DNA from: Yuukianura sp. NJ FZ-2021
Lineage: Eukaryota
NCBI GenBank assembly: GCA_046563655.1
Contig: CM102289.1
Location: forward strand, 6,262,001-6,326,000
Reading direction: 5' to 3'
Length of the DNA: 64,000 nucleotides
Part shown: positions 1 through 13,913 of the stretch, piece after piece
Layout of the letters: every line of letters begins with the position of its first letter
Numbering within the stretch: position 1 is the first letter of the stretch
Position numbers and translations under genes: made by a program
Notes under the pieces: model-generated
Seen by the model: only the letters and a program-made list of their open reading frames with translations
Database searches by the model: none
What the model was told of the DNA's origin: nothing

Positions 1-160
1 GTGTTGGTGATTTTCAGCTCAGTAAATTCAAACCACACTTTTTTCTTGTAAAAACGATTTCAACCTTTTCAGCATTCTTTTGCTATTGAAACCCTTCGTA
101 AAGTGCAACGAAAATAAGTTAATCCCACATCACATTTACGTCGAGGTCACGTAAACAAAT

Positions 161-3100
161 ATGTCCAACAGACGTGTGAAGGGGTCAAGGTCACTGGGTG
201 GATTTTGGTCAAATTTCTTCCGAGCTTCGACTGGATCCTCTTCTGATTCAAAAACGGAACCGGAGCCTGTGACGGGCCTATCAATGGTTGTGAGGTCAAC
301 GCCCCCTGTCTCCCGGAGGTCAAGTTTGGATAGTCTAAATACAATTCAAAGTACTCATAGCTTTGCCTTTGTGAGTCCAAAAGCATATGTGGGCCGAGGA
401 GAGCGTAGAAGAGGTCGCCGAATCCCCGTAGAAGCGGATGATAGTCACTTCCGTCAAGAACCACAAAAACCACAATTAAAGTCCAAACAAAAGAAAAATG
501 ATGATGGAACGCTCTGTTTTGCTCTCAAGTCAAAATACAATCTCCAATCCTGCGAATCCTTAGCAATTGGAACATTTACCAGGCCAGATCGAGTTGACCT
601 TGATCAACAGGTCAAACCTGGGCCATCATCTAGAGGTCACAGACTAGTCACTCCGTCGCCGTCGTGTCAAAGGAGGCGATCTCCAAGGTCAAAATTGCCC
701 AGTCATCAAAACTTGTCAAGAAAGCATCAAGTAGCCGAGAAAGGTCAAGTTCCACTTGACGCAAGCAAACAAGAAAATATCGCGGCTTCTATTCAAAAAA
801 AGCGTCGAGCTCCACTTCCACCGTCCGTCAAACCTGTTCAAACAAACACTTATGACGCACGGCGTGAACAAAGTCATCATCCAGAAGTTGATACAAGTCA
901 ACGACATCGTCGATGTCAAAGTGACACGACCGCTTGCGAACGATCTAGACCAAAAGCTCATGTAGCAGGAAAAAGACGAGCACCACCAACTCCGACGCAG
1001 GCTGGAATTTTAACAGAATCGAAGCATTTAGGGAATCAATCTGAAATGTTTGGAAAAAAGGAAATGCCGATTTCAAATCGCCCGCCATTAGGTCCAGGTT
1101 TAGATGTTAAGCCATTGCCACGTCCTTGGTATAAACGAAGGAGTAGCGGAGGTAGCAAAAGTCCCGCGAAATCGCCCAATCCAAAACCGATTATAAACTT
1201 GCCAAATCTATCAAAATTGGATCAAGAAGCTGCTCAAATTATTGAAGAAAATAATCGGCGCTCAGCTGAAGTTTCTCATAATCAAACAGCAAAAGAACTT
1301 ATAAACATGTTCAACTCTACGTTCAATACAAGTAAGGGCGTGGTTAGTGAAAATGAGTCGGCGGGGTCAAAGGTTAAAATCCAAACCACTCCAAACTCTG
1401 CCAAGTCTACAGCAAAACCAATAAGCCAAATTGATGTCATTAAAAATTCCAATGGCAAGGAGCCAGAAGTCGAAGACAGAAAAAAACTGGCAATTGTTCA
1501 ACCTCAAAAATCTAATTCAACGTCTGCTTCCGTCAAGGCGAACAGTCAACTTGGTGCATCTGCGCAGACAACTTCGCCAAACACTCCACGGAACAGTACG
1601 TCTGCGCAGAACGGCCTGAGAACTTCTGTTGCTCTGCAGAACGGAGCTACTTCGGAGTTCTGGGCATGTCCGCGCTGTACTTTGAATAATTCCGGGTGGA
1701 GAGCGTTTTGTGACGTATGTTTCTTTAGGAAAGACAGTGTAATTGTCTCAACTGTGCAAACACAAGTGACCGTTCAAAGTTCACAACCAGCAGCACAACC
1801 TAGCGGGAACGTTCAAAACTCTACGAATGTTGTGGCTACTGACTCATTAGTTGCGCCGACAGCAGATTCAGGAGTTGTACGCATGCGAGCTGAACCCCAT
1901 GATGATGTAACTTCGCAGTCGAATTTACCGCCTTGCCAAAACTTTTTGAGTCAACTTCCCTCTAAACAATCATTGCCAAAAGAGAAAGTTGGTTTGAAAT
2001 TGCTTGAAGACAAGAGTGAAAGTGACCTTAACATTGAAGCCCTACGTGAAGCTCGAGTTGCTTTTTTCACAAAAGCTGTTTCAAGTCCGGACTCAAATAA
2101 TTTTGAAAACGGAACAGATTTTAAGGAATTAAATTTCCCACCAGAAAGTGTTGACCGAGATTTGGAACTTGTTGAACTTTTGCTCCAAATGAACCGAAAC
2201 TTATCCGATCCGAACCTTCTTCAGAACGGACGCGGAAGTAAAAAGTTCCAAATGTTACATGATGCCATGTTTGAAAATTGTCAATCTGCCAATTTTGAAA
2301 AACTTTACAAAAGTTGGAACGACTGGCTAACTAAGGTTGTTGAACCCGTAGAAGCGACTAACACAATTATGCAGCGTGACATTCAGTTAACAATTAAAGA
2401 GCAACTAAATTTCTACAAACAAAAAATGGAAGAAGAAGCTCGTGAAAAATCGAATTCCGCCGCTTTAGTGGAAGCCTGTCGAAAACAAGGAGCAATTCCC
2501 AAGTATCTTCTTCAAGAAGCAGAACAAAGTGAAACTAATGGAAGAAGTCATAAGCAAAGTACAAAAATCTAAACTTAAGAAATCATTATTATGAAATCTA
2601 GTTTGACAATAATTTTAATGCTGTTTAAAATTTTAGATCATGTTCAAACGGCTTCTGATTTACTCCGAAGAATTGATTGGGCAATTTCGCATGGTGAATT
2701 TCGATTGGCTGCTAAATTAGCTTATGAACTTGCAGCACAAGATTTGGAAACACCAAAACGTACTGCAGACGTCGTAAAGCAAATCACGTTAGTTGTTTCA
2801 AACAATTTCATGTTGAAAAATTCTAAAATTTGATGCCACAATAATGAAAACGTTGCAAACTAACATGTTTTCAGCATCCGAGTTTATGTGGAAGATCGAA
2901 TGATGCAACAAGGGCCGTTTGCAATTTCTGTCAAAGATTCCATGACAGTGGGAGAACTGAAATTAAAAATTGAGTCCGACTGGAGCATTCCCGCCAATTT
3001 TCAAAAATGGATTCTAGGAAAGAGAATGGCCGAAAGCGACGACGACCGCCTCTCAGTTTTCAAAGTACAGGATGAATCTCTTGCTTTTTTGTATCTCGTG

Positions 3101-5361
3101 ACTCCAGAATTTGGTCCGCGGGAAGGTTCAAAAACCGAAAACTCAAAACAGCAACCACTGCATAAAGTGAACAATACACAGAATATGCCTAACTTGGGGA
3201 AATTAGAAATCAATTCTATGGACTTAGAAGCTTCTGGAAAGAAAAGTAATGAACTTCTTCCCAAAAAAGCAACAAAGATTATAGCTGTTGAAAACTTCGA
3301 GCCAACTTTAGCAGAAAATAACAAAAACCAAGTAACTGCAACAATGAACGGCAATTTGAAAGAAAATTTTGAAATGAAGAAAGAAATCAACGAAACCAAA
3401 GTTAGAGGATCTTTTTCGAAACAAAATTCAGAACAATCGCAAATCCAAAATGAACCACCCGACATCTCCAACACCATTGCCGAAACCATTTCAATCTCAA
3501 AAACCGAACTGCAAGTTTCAAAATTAAACATAACAACTACTCCAAAAGTTTTTAAAAGTGAGTACAAGCTTTCAAAAGTTGAAAAAGGAAACTCCGAAAG
3601 TGATATAAACTCAAACATTTCAAATCCAAATGCTACTCACGAAGTAAATTTTAAAATTATTAACGCCGTTGACACATTGTCAGCAATTAACCCACTTGTT
3701 TCAAAAACTGGTGATGCTAATTATACTGAAAGTACCAAAGAAAATACAAAAGTGATATCGAACATTTCAAGTTCTGCCGCCGCCGCCACTGCCACTAACA
3801 ACGCTTCTGAGGTTCCCGCTCAAATAACTAAAAATGATCATAGTCATTTACAGCAAAAGAAAGTGGAAACCCCAAAACCCGACTTAAGTTCACCTATTGT
3901 AACCAAATTAGATTCACGATTAAGTAACAACAATCCACCAAGATTGTTCGGAAGACGAGCATCACTAGAACAGCACAACCCCCGTTCTGTTGTTCAACCA
4001 TTCACGAGAAGACTTTCAGGATCCTTGACCAAGCAAATTCAAATGTTTGAGGCTCTAAACGCTTCTTCCAAATCTGTTCCCACGCATGCTCAAAAAAATG
4101 ATCTTGTGTCAGTTTCGTCAAAATCTCCTCAAGTACCAACCAAATCTAGTCACAACAACGCACAAGTCTTGGGAGCAACTGCTAAGCAGGTTTTTAGAAA
4201 TTTCAGTGCATATAAGAATTGAGTGACAAAATGTGAAATTCTGATTTTTTTTTAAATTTCTGTATAGGAACTTGCAGATAACTACCAAAAATTATTGGAA
4301 CTGGAGAAGTCTGATGTGATTCGAAGCGAAGTAGTGATTGAATGTCCAATTTGTTTTTCAACTGTTGACCCAGGTCAAGGAGTCGTCTTGCGTGAATGTC
4401 TCCATTCCTTTTGTGTGGAATGTGTTGCTGGTGTCATAGAATTTGCGGAAGGTGCACAAGTCAAATGTCCATATCGAGACCAAAACTACGCATGTGATTG
4501 TATCATTCAAGAACGAGAAATCAAAGCAGTAAAAACAAACTATTCAAAAATTCCAAAACAAAAGTAACAAGAAAAATTGAACAAAATCACAAATTTTGGA
4601 AAATTTTAGCTTGTGTCGACCAAAGTTTTCAACAACCTGCTTGCCAAATCCGTGAAATTGGCGGAATGCAAAATGTCGAATGCCTTTCACTGTAAAACGA
4701 CTGACTGTCCTGGATGGTGTGTATTTGAAGACACTGTGAATGTCTTTCATTGTCCAGTTTGTTCAAAGTCGAACTGCCTCAATTGTCGGGTAAGTTTGTA
4801 ATTTAAAACAAAAGTTAAGATAAATTATCAGTTTTAAATAAAATTGTTGCAGGCAATTCACGAAAAATTGGACTGTCAGCAATATCAAAGGCAGTTGGCT
4901 ATAGCTTCTGAAACTGATGAAGATGCCAAAAGTTCTAGAATAATGTTGGAAGTTCGTTGACCAAACAATTTCTTTCTAACTTTTTTCTCAAAATACTAGG
5001 CTCAATGGTCAAGTTTTTGAATTTATTTGTTTAGAAAATGATAGAACGTGGAGAGGCTCTGGACTGCCCAGCATGTCACGTAGTGCTCTTAAAAAAGTGG
5101 GGTTGTGATTGGGTTCGATGTTCTTACTGCAAAACGGAAATTTGCTGGGTCACAAAATCCTTTCGTTGGGGACCTAACGTAAGATTTTATACACTAAAAC
5201 TTGAAACCTAGTTTCAAGAAATAGACATAAATTTGAGCAAAAATTTAACTAAATTAAAGCTTATTTTTGGTTTTATTTAGGGAAAAGGTGACATCAGTGG
5301 TGGATGCAAGTGCGGAGTCAATGGGGTCAAGTGTCACCCGAAATGTACTTACTGCCACTAG
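161..5361 (+). CDS. RBCK1: HOIL-1/RBCK1-like RBR E3 ubiquitin ligase, 8 exons, ~1542 aa
   Basis: In-phase exons 161-2558, 2637-2787, 2875-4189, 4268-4528, 4610-4789, 4853-4951, 5035-5178, 5281-5361. [20 protein letters not shown]-like helix; UBL starting [12 protein letters not shown]1 [21 protein letters not shown]2 and C-terminus [40 protein letters not shown] as in HOIL-1. Confidence 0.93.
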
Positions 5362-5674
5362 CCACGCTGTATGCTCAAATACAAAAAATTTCAAAAGTCG
5401 CTAAGTACTAAAAAGTAAATGTAACTAACTACAAATTAAACAAAAAGATGCGTCCAGTATCTTCTATGGGGGAAAACAGTTAAACTTTTCTAACGTTTCC
5501 TTCGAAACATATATATCGATATTGTAGTGCTAATTTAAATTGTACAAATTAAGTTTTGACTAAATTTGAGTCTCACAAATGTCATTCCTATGCTAGACAA
5601 ATACGTTAATTACAATATCGTTACCTTTAAATCCAATCGTTATAATAGCATTCCTTCTACGTCTTGTCAGCCAT

Positions 5675-8177
5675 TTACAAACGTTCGCCATCGTCGATAG
5701 CGCTGGTGTCCTCTGGTGGACTTGAGCTAGCGTCGACTGCATCAACTTCCGTGTCTGTGCATACCATAGGCTTAGTTGCCTCTGCCAATTCTACGTCTGC
5801 GTTGACTTTTGGCTTGGATGCTGCCCAAGGTTGAAGCTCTGAACTACCAAAGATGACGTATACGATGCACCCAGCACCCATGACAGCCCCCGCAATGTAG
5901 AACACCATGAGCCACCCCTCCCGAGTTCCACTTTGAGTCAGCGCAGCCTGAAGCAGAGGACAAAAAAATCCGGGTAACACTCCATAGGTGTTCATAATTC
6001 CCGTAATGATTCCGGCATAGCGAGGAGCCAGTTCCAACACGCTGAACAAGTAGCCTCCAGTAAATGCCAATTCAACGAAAGACATTCCAGAGAAAATGGC
6101 AACAATTCCAGCCTTGTCGTCACATGTGATCAAACCCATCAGTAGGACGCAGAGTGCAAAGGAACCAGTTCCTAAAAAATTCGCAAATTTTAACAAAGGA
6201 AAAATACATAATAATTTGAAATTGAACCTGTAGCATACCAATAGTATTGAAGATTTTGCGTAAATTGGTCACTGAAAACCATTCTTTGAGTCGCATAAAA
6301 TCAAAAACTTTTCCGGAAATGATATGGATGATGACCATTCCCAGAAATGGAATCGCAGTCAAGTTTCCATTCTAAAATCAGAAGACAAAGTTTAAAAAAA
6401 TGTGTTTTTACTTTGTCATGTTTTTTGTGAACTTACAGTGCTGACGTCCATCTTGAATATTTCCTTGAAAAAGAGCGGAGGGAACATTGCAATTGTGAGA
6501 ATTCCCCAAAGAACACAAAAATGTACAAAGTGAACAACATTGACAGGGACGGATAACAAAATCGATTTGTACGGAACGACCAATTTCTAAAAAACCAAAC
6601 AAATGAAACAATGTTTTAGTTTCATTGAGAAGTTGGGCAAAATGGTAAAGTTTTGTTAACCAAACCAACTAAAGTGTACTACAAAATACCCGTGTAACTC
6701 CAGGTTGGACTGGAGCGTGTGCTTCAAGATATTTTAATTCTTCTTCAGAAATGCGAGAATGCTTTTCGGGCCAGTCAAAAAGAAAAAAGTAGGCCCAAAT
6801 GCACCAAAGGAGAGTCAAGGCACCTTGAATTAATAGAAATTTTTGTAAGTTTAGTTTAATTTTTGATTTTAACGTTTTTTGAATTACCTGGAATGTAGAA
6901 GATGTATTCCCAACCAAACATTTTACAAAGCCAAGCACATAGTGGGTTGGTCACAAAAATTCCGGCAGTGAGTCCGCAGAATGTGATTCCTAATAGAAAC
7001 CCACGCTCTGCAGATCCCGACCATCTCGCTGCCAATACAGCAATAAGTGGCATGAATGATCCCTGGAAAACGAAAACGCAAAAATTTAAATTTCCATTTT
7101 CAAAATTTTGAAACAAAAAAGTCTCGAGCTTACTTGAGCCATGCCTTGAAGAAACCTGACGACAAACAAATACCACGGACCCATAACAGCAGCAATGGGA
7201 TTGAGCACCGTTAAGATACCAATGCTTGCAACAGTTCCTAAAAGAAAATTTGTCCCACCGTAGCGATCCGCCAGCCTTCCGCCAATAATCTGCCAAATTT
7301 AAAACCAAAGTTAAAACTCTTCTCCAAACCTGATTTTTTAACGTTTCAATCAAACTTACGTTAGTGAAAAAACTGCCATAGAAAAAAGCCGCCAATATAT
7401 TGGCTTGAATGTTCTTGTCCCACTCAAATTCGCCCTAGTAAAAAATGGAGGAATTCTTCAATTTAAAAGAAAAATACAGTAAAAGTTGATTAAAAGTAAA
7501 TTTTTAGTTAAAATGTGACATACGCCGTCAGTGATTGGTTGGTTAGTGAGGTTTACGTCATAATCATAGTGACATTGACCCCATGCTTCGTCAGCCACCA
7601 GCATTTCTTCCAAAGTCTCCGTAGTTGCGTTTGCGAGATCTGTCAACTGGAGGGTAGGTTTTACCGTAACATTCTCTGACGTCACTGATGTTGTTGCTGT
7701 ATGACGCAATGGTTTGACCATGCAAACCAGAGCAATGCTCACATTGCTTCTTAGAAGTGTGACGAAGAGACTGGCAAAGAATGTCAGGACAAAAAATGAT
7801 AGTCGACAAGATAGCAGAAGCGGCGGTTCTAACAAAATAAGAAAAATTGCATTAGTAGGTCACAAGGTCATTGACCTCTTGGAAGACGTTCTTCTTTGGA
7901 GTTGTTAATCATAGTCTTACAGGTCAAAGGCTAATAAATATGCGAAAAATTATTTGCTTTAAACTTTAGCTTTTTCAATGAAAGCCAAAGACATATGAAA
8001 AATGTATACTTATTTTCAAGTGAATTACTGCACAATTGAATTTCAAAATACATGCATTTGCAAGTTTGCCAAATATCAAAAAGAAATTACCAAAAATTTG
8101 TGCATTTAATCAAAACAAAAACAAAACGTACCTGGTGATTCCTTACGCGGGGATCTGATTCGAATCGGTTGCACCAT
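5675..8177 (-). CDS. SLC17/sialin-like MFS anion transporter, copy 1 (multi-exon)
   Basis: ATG at 8177 (MVQPIRIR). Motifs LRSNVSIALVCMV, AAFFYG, ARWSGSAERG, GWEYIFYI, DWPEKHSRISEEELKY, LELAPRYAGIITGIMNT. Confidence 0.9.
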
Positions 8178-9573
8178 TTTGACACGTTCGTGCGTAGAAT
8201 CTACTGATTCTGTACACTCTCTAGGACAACTTCAACAAAAAAGTAAACCTCAAGTTCACTGCACCAAAATTGAAATTGTTATGAAATTTTGAGCAATTGG
8301 TTTCTGGAGTCCTCAGCTTAGTAGTTCCTCCGAAGGAATGAAGTGCTGCTATGAATTTTGTTCAGAATGAAAACAATATTCGACTGGTCCAAAACGTCGA
8401 TTGGACGACGGCTACTCGTAAGAGGTGGCAAGACACGATGTTTTTCTTTCTAGAAGGAACAGAGCACACCCAACCAACTTTTTCGTTTTGGAGCTCATCT
8501 ACCAATAACAAAGATGCAAATCCCAAACATCACGCGGACACCCAAGGTTCTTTTTGGTGGTGTGATTGAGATGATGAAAGTTTGGCTCCAAAAAACAACA
8601 ATTGGCAACAAAGTGCCATCGGTGAGTCACTGAAAAGCGTGGTTTTACAATTCCATTCATTTGCCTTAAACGACTGTTTTGGTCCCCCTAATCCAAAATA
8701 CAAGTTATCTTTTAGTCTAGTCCAATGCAAATTGCATTACTTTACACTCTTCTTCACTCCACAAACACTTGTCACTTTGTGCAAACAGAAATTGGCACGC
8801 AAAGTTGAGTCACCGGGGCCGCTTTTAACTTAACTCGTTTCTCGGAACGCTCATATAGGATGAGAAATGGTATGCTTTTATTCTGTGTAAAGCCTTTGGA
8901 ATGAAGTTCAAAACAAGTTAAACGTAAAGCGTCACTTTCTCGCGCATGCCAATTGTTGACATTGAAAAACGTTAATGACGTTAATTTTTCTTGGAAGAAC
9001 AAGTTTGACCCTGACGAGTCCTTTGAATTTAAGAAATTGACTTTCTTTACTGTGCTACAACTTAAGTTTAAATGCAAAATCATAAAGAAAAAACTGTCCG
9101 ATATGATGATTTCATCATGGAGGAATTTGTTTGTATTATGTAACTTTGCAAAGCACGGATTAATCCGTTCAGTCTTTGTAGTGCACATTGCGTGGGGTTG
9201 GAGTAATGCCAAAATATTTTTTACAAAACGAATAAACGCTGAACTGATAGGCACAAATAACAAAATTTTCCCAACTTGTGAGCAATTAAGTTCGAATGAG
9301 GTGACGCAGAATTTATTTAAGTTAAAGCAAAAATAGATTTTGACTAACCTTAAACTTTACCACAACTGTAGTTAAACCAAAACCTTCCTTTAGCACAAAC
9401 CCAATCCTACCGTTGAACTACAAAAAAAATTAGTGCTGAGCTGACCAGAATACTTCGTGTAACAAATTGGTGAAACCGAGGTAAAATTAATACTGTTCGA
9501 ATTAAAAAAAAACGACAAAACTGTTGAACTAAACTATTTAAGCAAAGTAGACTATTTGGTTTCTAAAAAAATC

Positions 9574-12012
9574 CTAAACTCGAATATTAAATTTTTTGTT
9601 GTTACTTAGCTTTGCAGTTTCGTCGTCCACGATAACTGTATCGACAATTGGCTTGAGCACTTCCATTTCCGCTTCTTCCATTATCTTAGGCTTCTGAACG
9701 GCTGCCCAGGGCTGAAGTTCTGAACTACCGAATAGAATGTACAGGATACATCCAGCCCCCATCACAGCCGATCCGATGTAGAAGAATATGAGCCATTCCT
9801 CCCTTGTGTCATTTGGGGTCAGTAAGGCGGCTAGAACGGGACAGATGAATCCGGGTAGCACTCCGAACGTATTCATAATGCCCGAAATGATCCCGGCAAA
9901 GCGCGGAGCGAGTTCGTACACACTGAGCAAGTAGCCACCAGTGAACGCGAGTTCGACGAAAGACAGCGTCAGAAAAATGCCAACAATTTCGCCATTGTTG
10001 TCACAGGAGAAGAAGTAGATCAGCGGAAGGCAGAGGGCGAACGAAGCAGTTCCTGCAGGTTTTAAATTAAAACGGGCAATAACTTTTTGTGTAAAATTTG
10101 CAACTTATTTTGAATTTACCAATTGTGTTGAAAATTTTTCTCAATGTGGTTACAGAACACCAATTTCTGCGACGAATTGAATCAAAAACACTTCCAGAAA
10201 ATAAATGCACGACGAGCATTCCCAGAAAAGGAACCGAAGTGAGAATTCCGTTCTGAAATTTTGAAATACAAGAGAAAAGTTCAGAAAAAAGATTGAACAA
10301 TCTTTAAAGTTTGCTTTAAACTTACGGTTCGAACATCCATTTTGAGTATTTCTTTGAAGAACAGTGGAGTGCCCATGCTGAGCGTCATGAGTGCCCAAAT
10401 CATGCAAAAATGCAGGAAATGACTCACATTTATCGGGCATGATGTCAAAATTGATCTCCAGGGCACGACCAATTTCTAAAAACAAAATTTGAAATACTTG
10501 AAACTATTATTTTGTATAATTAATTACAATTAAGTACTTTTGAAGCGGTTGTTCCAGGCTGAACTGCGCGATGTTTTTTCAGAAACGTTAGTTCTTCATC
10601 GCGAATTCTTGGATGATCCTCAGGCCAGTCGAAAATGAAAAAGTAGCAGATAATACACCACACAATGCCCATACCACCTATATTGAACGAAAAAAAGTAC
10701 AAATTACAAACCCGGCAAAATTAAAATTTTTCCGCTACATTATTCATTTTGAAAAATCTTGAAACAACCTTGAATGTAAAAGATGTAACTCCATCCCAAA
10801 CTTTTACAGAGAAAAGCGCTTAATGGATTGGCAATAAAAATGCCGACATTGAACCCAGCGAATGTAATTCCAAGTAGAAATCCACGCTCAGTGGATCCCG
10901 CCCATCGAGCTGCCAAAACTGTCAGTAGCGGCAGAAATGTTCCCTTAAAAATGATTTTTTTTTAATTTTTAAAATTTAAAAATTTTAAAAAGCTCTTTTT
11001 TTACTTCTCTGCACTTACTTGTGTAACACCTTGTATAAACCTTGATGCAAACAGGAAATCTGGACCTTGCAAAGCTGCAATCGGACTGAGGACGGTGAGA
11101 ACGCTGATGCTTCCAACTGCTGCAATCAAACAATTTTTCCCGCCATATTTATCTGCTACCCAGCCACCGAGAACCTAATCAAAATTTAAAATATAACTTT
11201 AAAAATGAAATTTATGAAATTTTTTTCCATTTTGAAATTTCAACTAAAAGGTTTTTAAACTTACATTGGTGAAAACGTTGCCATAAAAAAACGCTGCCAG
11301 CATGTGAGCCTGTACTCCTTTGTCCCATTCAAATACTCCCTAGAAAAATTGAAAAATTGAAAAATTTTGTTTTAATTAAACAAAATTTCACTGTAGTTTT
11401 TGTTAATTTCAATGTGATTAGCTTTCAATGTAATTTTAGTTTCAATGTAATTGTACCAATTCACGGGCTGGTCGATACGGGCCATTTGTGTCCTCTTGTT
11501 TGGATTGACAGTAGGGTTCGGATTCTTCCGCCAAATTTTCGGAGACTTCGGAACGTTTAACACGCGGCAGCTCAGTGACACTTTCCTCAATTGTAGATGG
11601 CGTTGTCAAATTTTCCAAAAATGGCGATATGGTGGGCATTTCAGTTTCATTGTGCAATTGAGCATGTCTTATTGGTTTAACCATACAGACTAGCCCGAAG
11701 TTCATGTTACTTCGTAGGAGCATCACAATTAGATTGGCAAAAAACGTGAGAATAAAGAAATTCAGACGACATGACATCAGAAGTGGCGGCTCTTAAATTG
11801 ATCAACAAAAAATTAATCAAAATCCAAAATGATTTTCATTGTGTGTCAATTTTGAATGTGACAAAGTGTCATTTTATGAAAAAACGAGTTTCATGACGAA
11901 AATCATGAACAGAATTAATGACCCCGCGTTTTTTTTAAGACTAAACTACACAAATCCAAAATCAAGGTCAAACTTTTTTACCTGGACGTTTTGCCGAAAC
12001 TGGTTTTGCCAT
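9574..12012 (-). CDS. SLC17/sialin-like MFS anion transporter, copy 2 (tandem paralog)
   Basis: ATG at 12012 (MAKPVSAKRP). Same exon layout and motifs as copy 1 (LRSNMNFGLVCMV, DWPEDHPRIRDEEL, VPWRSILTS, ELAPRFAGIISGIMNT). Confidence 0.9.
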
Positions 12013-13913
12013 TTTTCCTTACGATTTAGAACGGAAGACGCTAAAAACTTTTCACGCAAAATTTAAACTTTCTATGTACTATAAGCTTTCGAAATTGCTA
12101 CTGAAAGCAATAATGCTGCTGAAGTTGTGTTTCAGTTGAACGGAAGTTGCAAAATCGTAATTTTGCAAAACCCAAATACGTCTCTACGTTTTAGGTGGAC
12201 TAGAACTCAACTAAGTTGATGCTTCTGTTGCAAGTTGCGAAGGACTGACTGACAACTTGTGAATCTACAAGAGCGAAAGCTGAAGGTTACAGATCAATCA
12301 CAGATGCCACAAGACGCAAGCCGACCATTTAGAAGAATTTGACGTAAGAGTGAGGCAGCATATCGATTCTAATTCAGGAAAAGTGCTAACTAGGTTTTAA
12401 CAAAGTGTACAAATAGCCACACTGTACAAACTAAGTGGATGGGTAAATAGTAGTAATGGGACATACGTGGGGCATTATATGTGAAAGCTTTTTTGCAAAT
12501 TCCCAATCAGATTCACTCACCGCAAAAAAATTAGAACTTGTCTTACCATAACCATGAGTTGAACTTGACTAAAAAAGTTGCGAAATTGTTACTTTGGCGT
12601 CGCCTGTGCTAAAAGTCAAAAGCCGTCAGTTTTCTTTGTTAGCTGATAAACCAAACCGGTTTGAGGTTGTGAGTCGCAGGGTTCGTCTATGCCCTCACCC
12701 ACCCATCTCCTTCTTTAATTATTCTTTGTCGAATGAACATAAAAATATGATTTAAAGAATTTTTTTTTTATTGTTTATCACTACTAGACTAAATCTTTTC
12801 TATTTTTAGATGAGGTAAGGAATTGCACTTAAAGCAATATGCATATCAACTTTAAATTTCACCGTTGGGCAAAATTTTACCGGCTATTTTGTGTTTCATG
12901 TTGAAATCTAGCAACAACGTTGTATTTCCAAAGAAGATTTTATGAAGTAGCTAAACTTGAAATTTTTTTAGCATAGATTAAAAGCCTGGATTGAAGCCTT
13001 TTTATTTGAATAAATTTGGACATCTTGCCTCCTCATTTCCGCAACTTTACCACAGATTAGTAAACCTTTGTTGGATAGGGACGTGACTACCTCAATGACA
13101 ACAATGAAACATCACTGCCAATTTAACGCTTAATTCGTGCACAAGAGTCAAAAGTTGTTAAAAACGTCATCTCCACTGTATTTGTTCTTCTAATGGATCT
13201 TAGGTGGGTGGTAATCACCTGCAAAAGTATGACACCGAGCCTTGTACTTGGAACATACAGGTATAAATCAATGAAATAACGATGACGTTTCATTTCCATT
13301 TAAACTGTGTACACAAGACCTCGCCAAAACCCAAGCGACCTCAACCTCCAGCAACCTCTTTCCTTGAAGATGCCTAAATTCATTCCACTTTTGGAGGAAA
13401 TAGGTCATGTGAGAGTTACCTCCACATCTCTTACGTCAGTGCTCATCAACCTGTCACAAAAGTGACAATGACAACTGCTCCTAATCTTACTTTTTTTAAA
13501 AGAAAATTCAGCTTTTTCTAGATAATTCGTTTAATGTTTCAAACCTCAATAAATATTAACTTTGTGACAAATTTATAGGTCTGCGAATATGACGAAAACT
13601 TTTCTTATGTCACCGTGAATCATGTTACGAAAATTTTGAGATATGTTTTTGGCTGAACCATCCACGCGTTACGGTTCCACTAATTTCTGGTATTGAAAAG
13701 CTTTAATAATTTTGGCAAATTCTGGCCCCTGTTCCATCAGAGATGATGGACGTGGAGAATAATAGGTGATCTGCTTAGAATTAATGCGAAACAAAAATTA
13801 ATTTACTACTTGTGAGCACAAGTGTATTTTTTTGATTGGTTGGCAGTCTTTCTATTCGCACTGAGTTGGCAAGCAATTGAAATCTCGTCAAAATTGAAAA
13901 AAGTAGTTCAAGC

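Noticed and set aside
3001..3618. 205-aa antisense ORF, and similar shadow ORFs over the UGT, coiled-coil and SMYD exons
   Set aside because: By-products of codon bias on the opposite strand of real exons.
8351..9336. Short ORFs between the two SLC17 genes
   Set aside because: No motifs, overlapping on both strands, and AT-rich composition; likely intergenic.
12620..12710. Second tRNA/SINE-like fragment (GGTTCG)
   Set aside because: No A-box or cloverleaf; similarity to the element at 32978 is too short.
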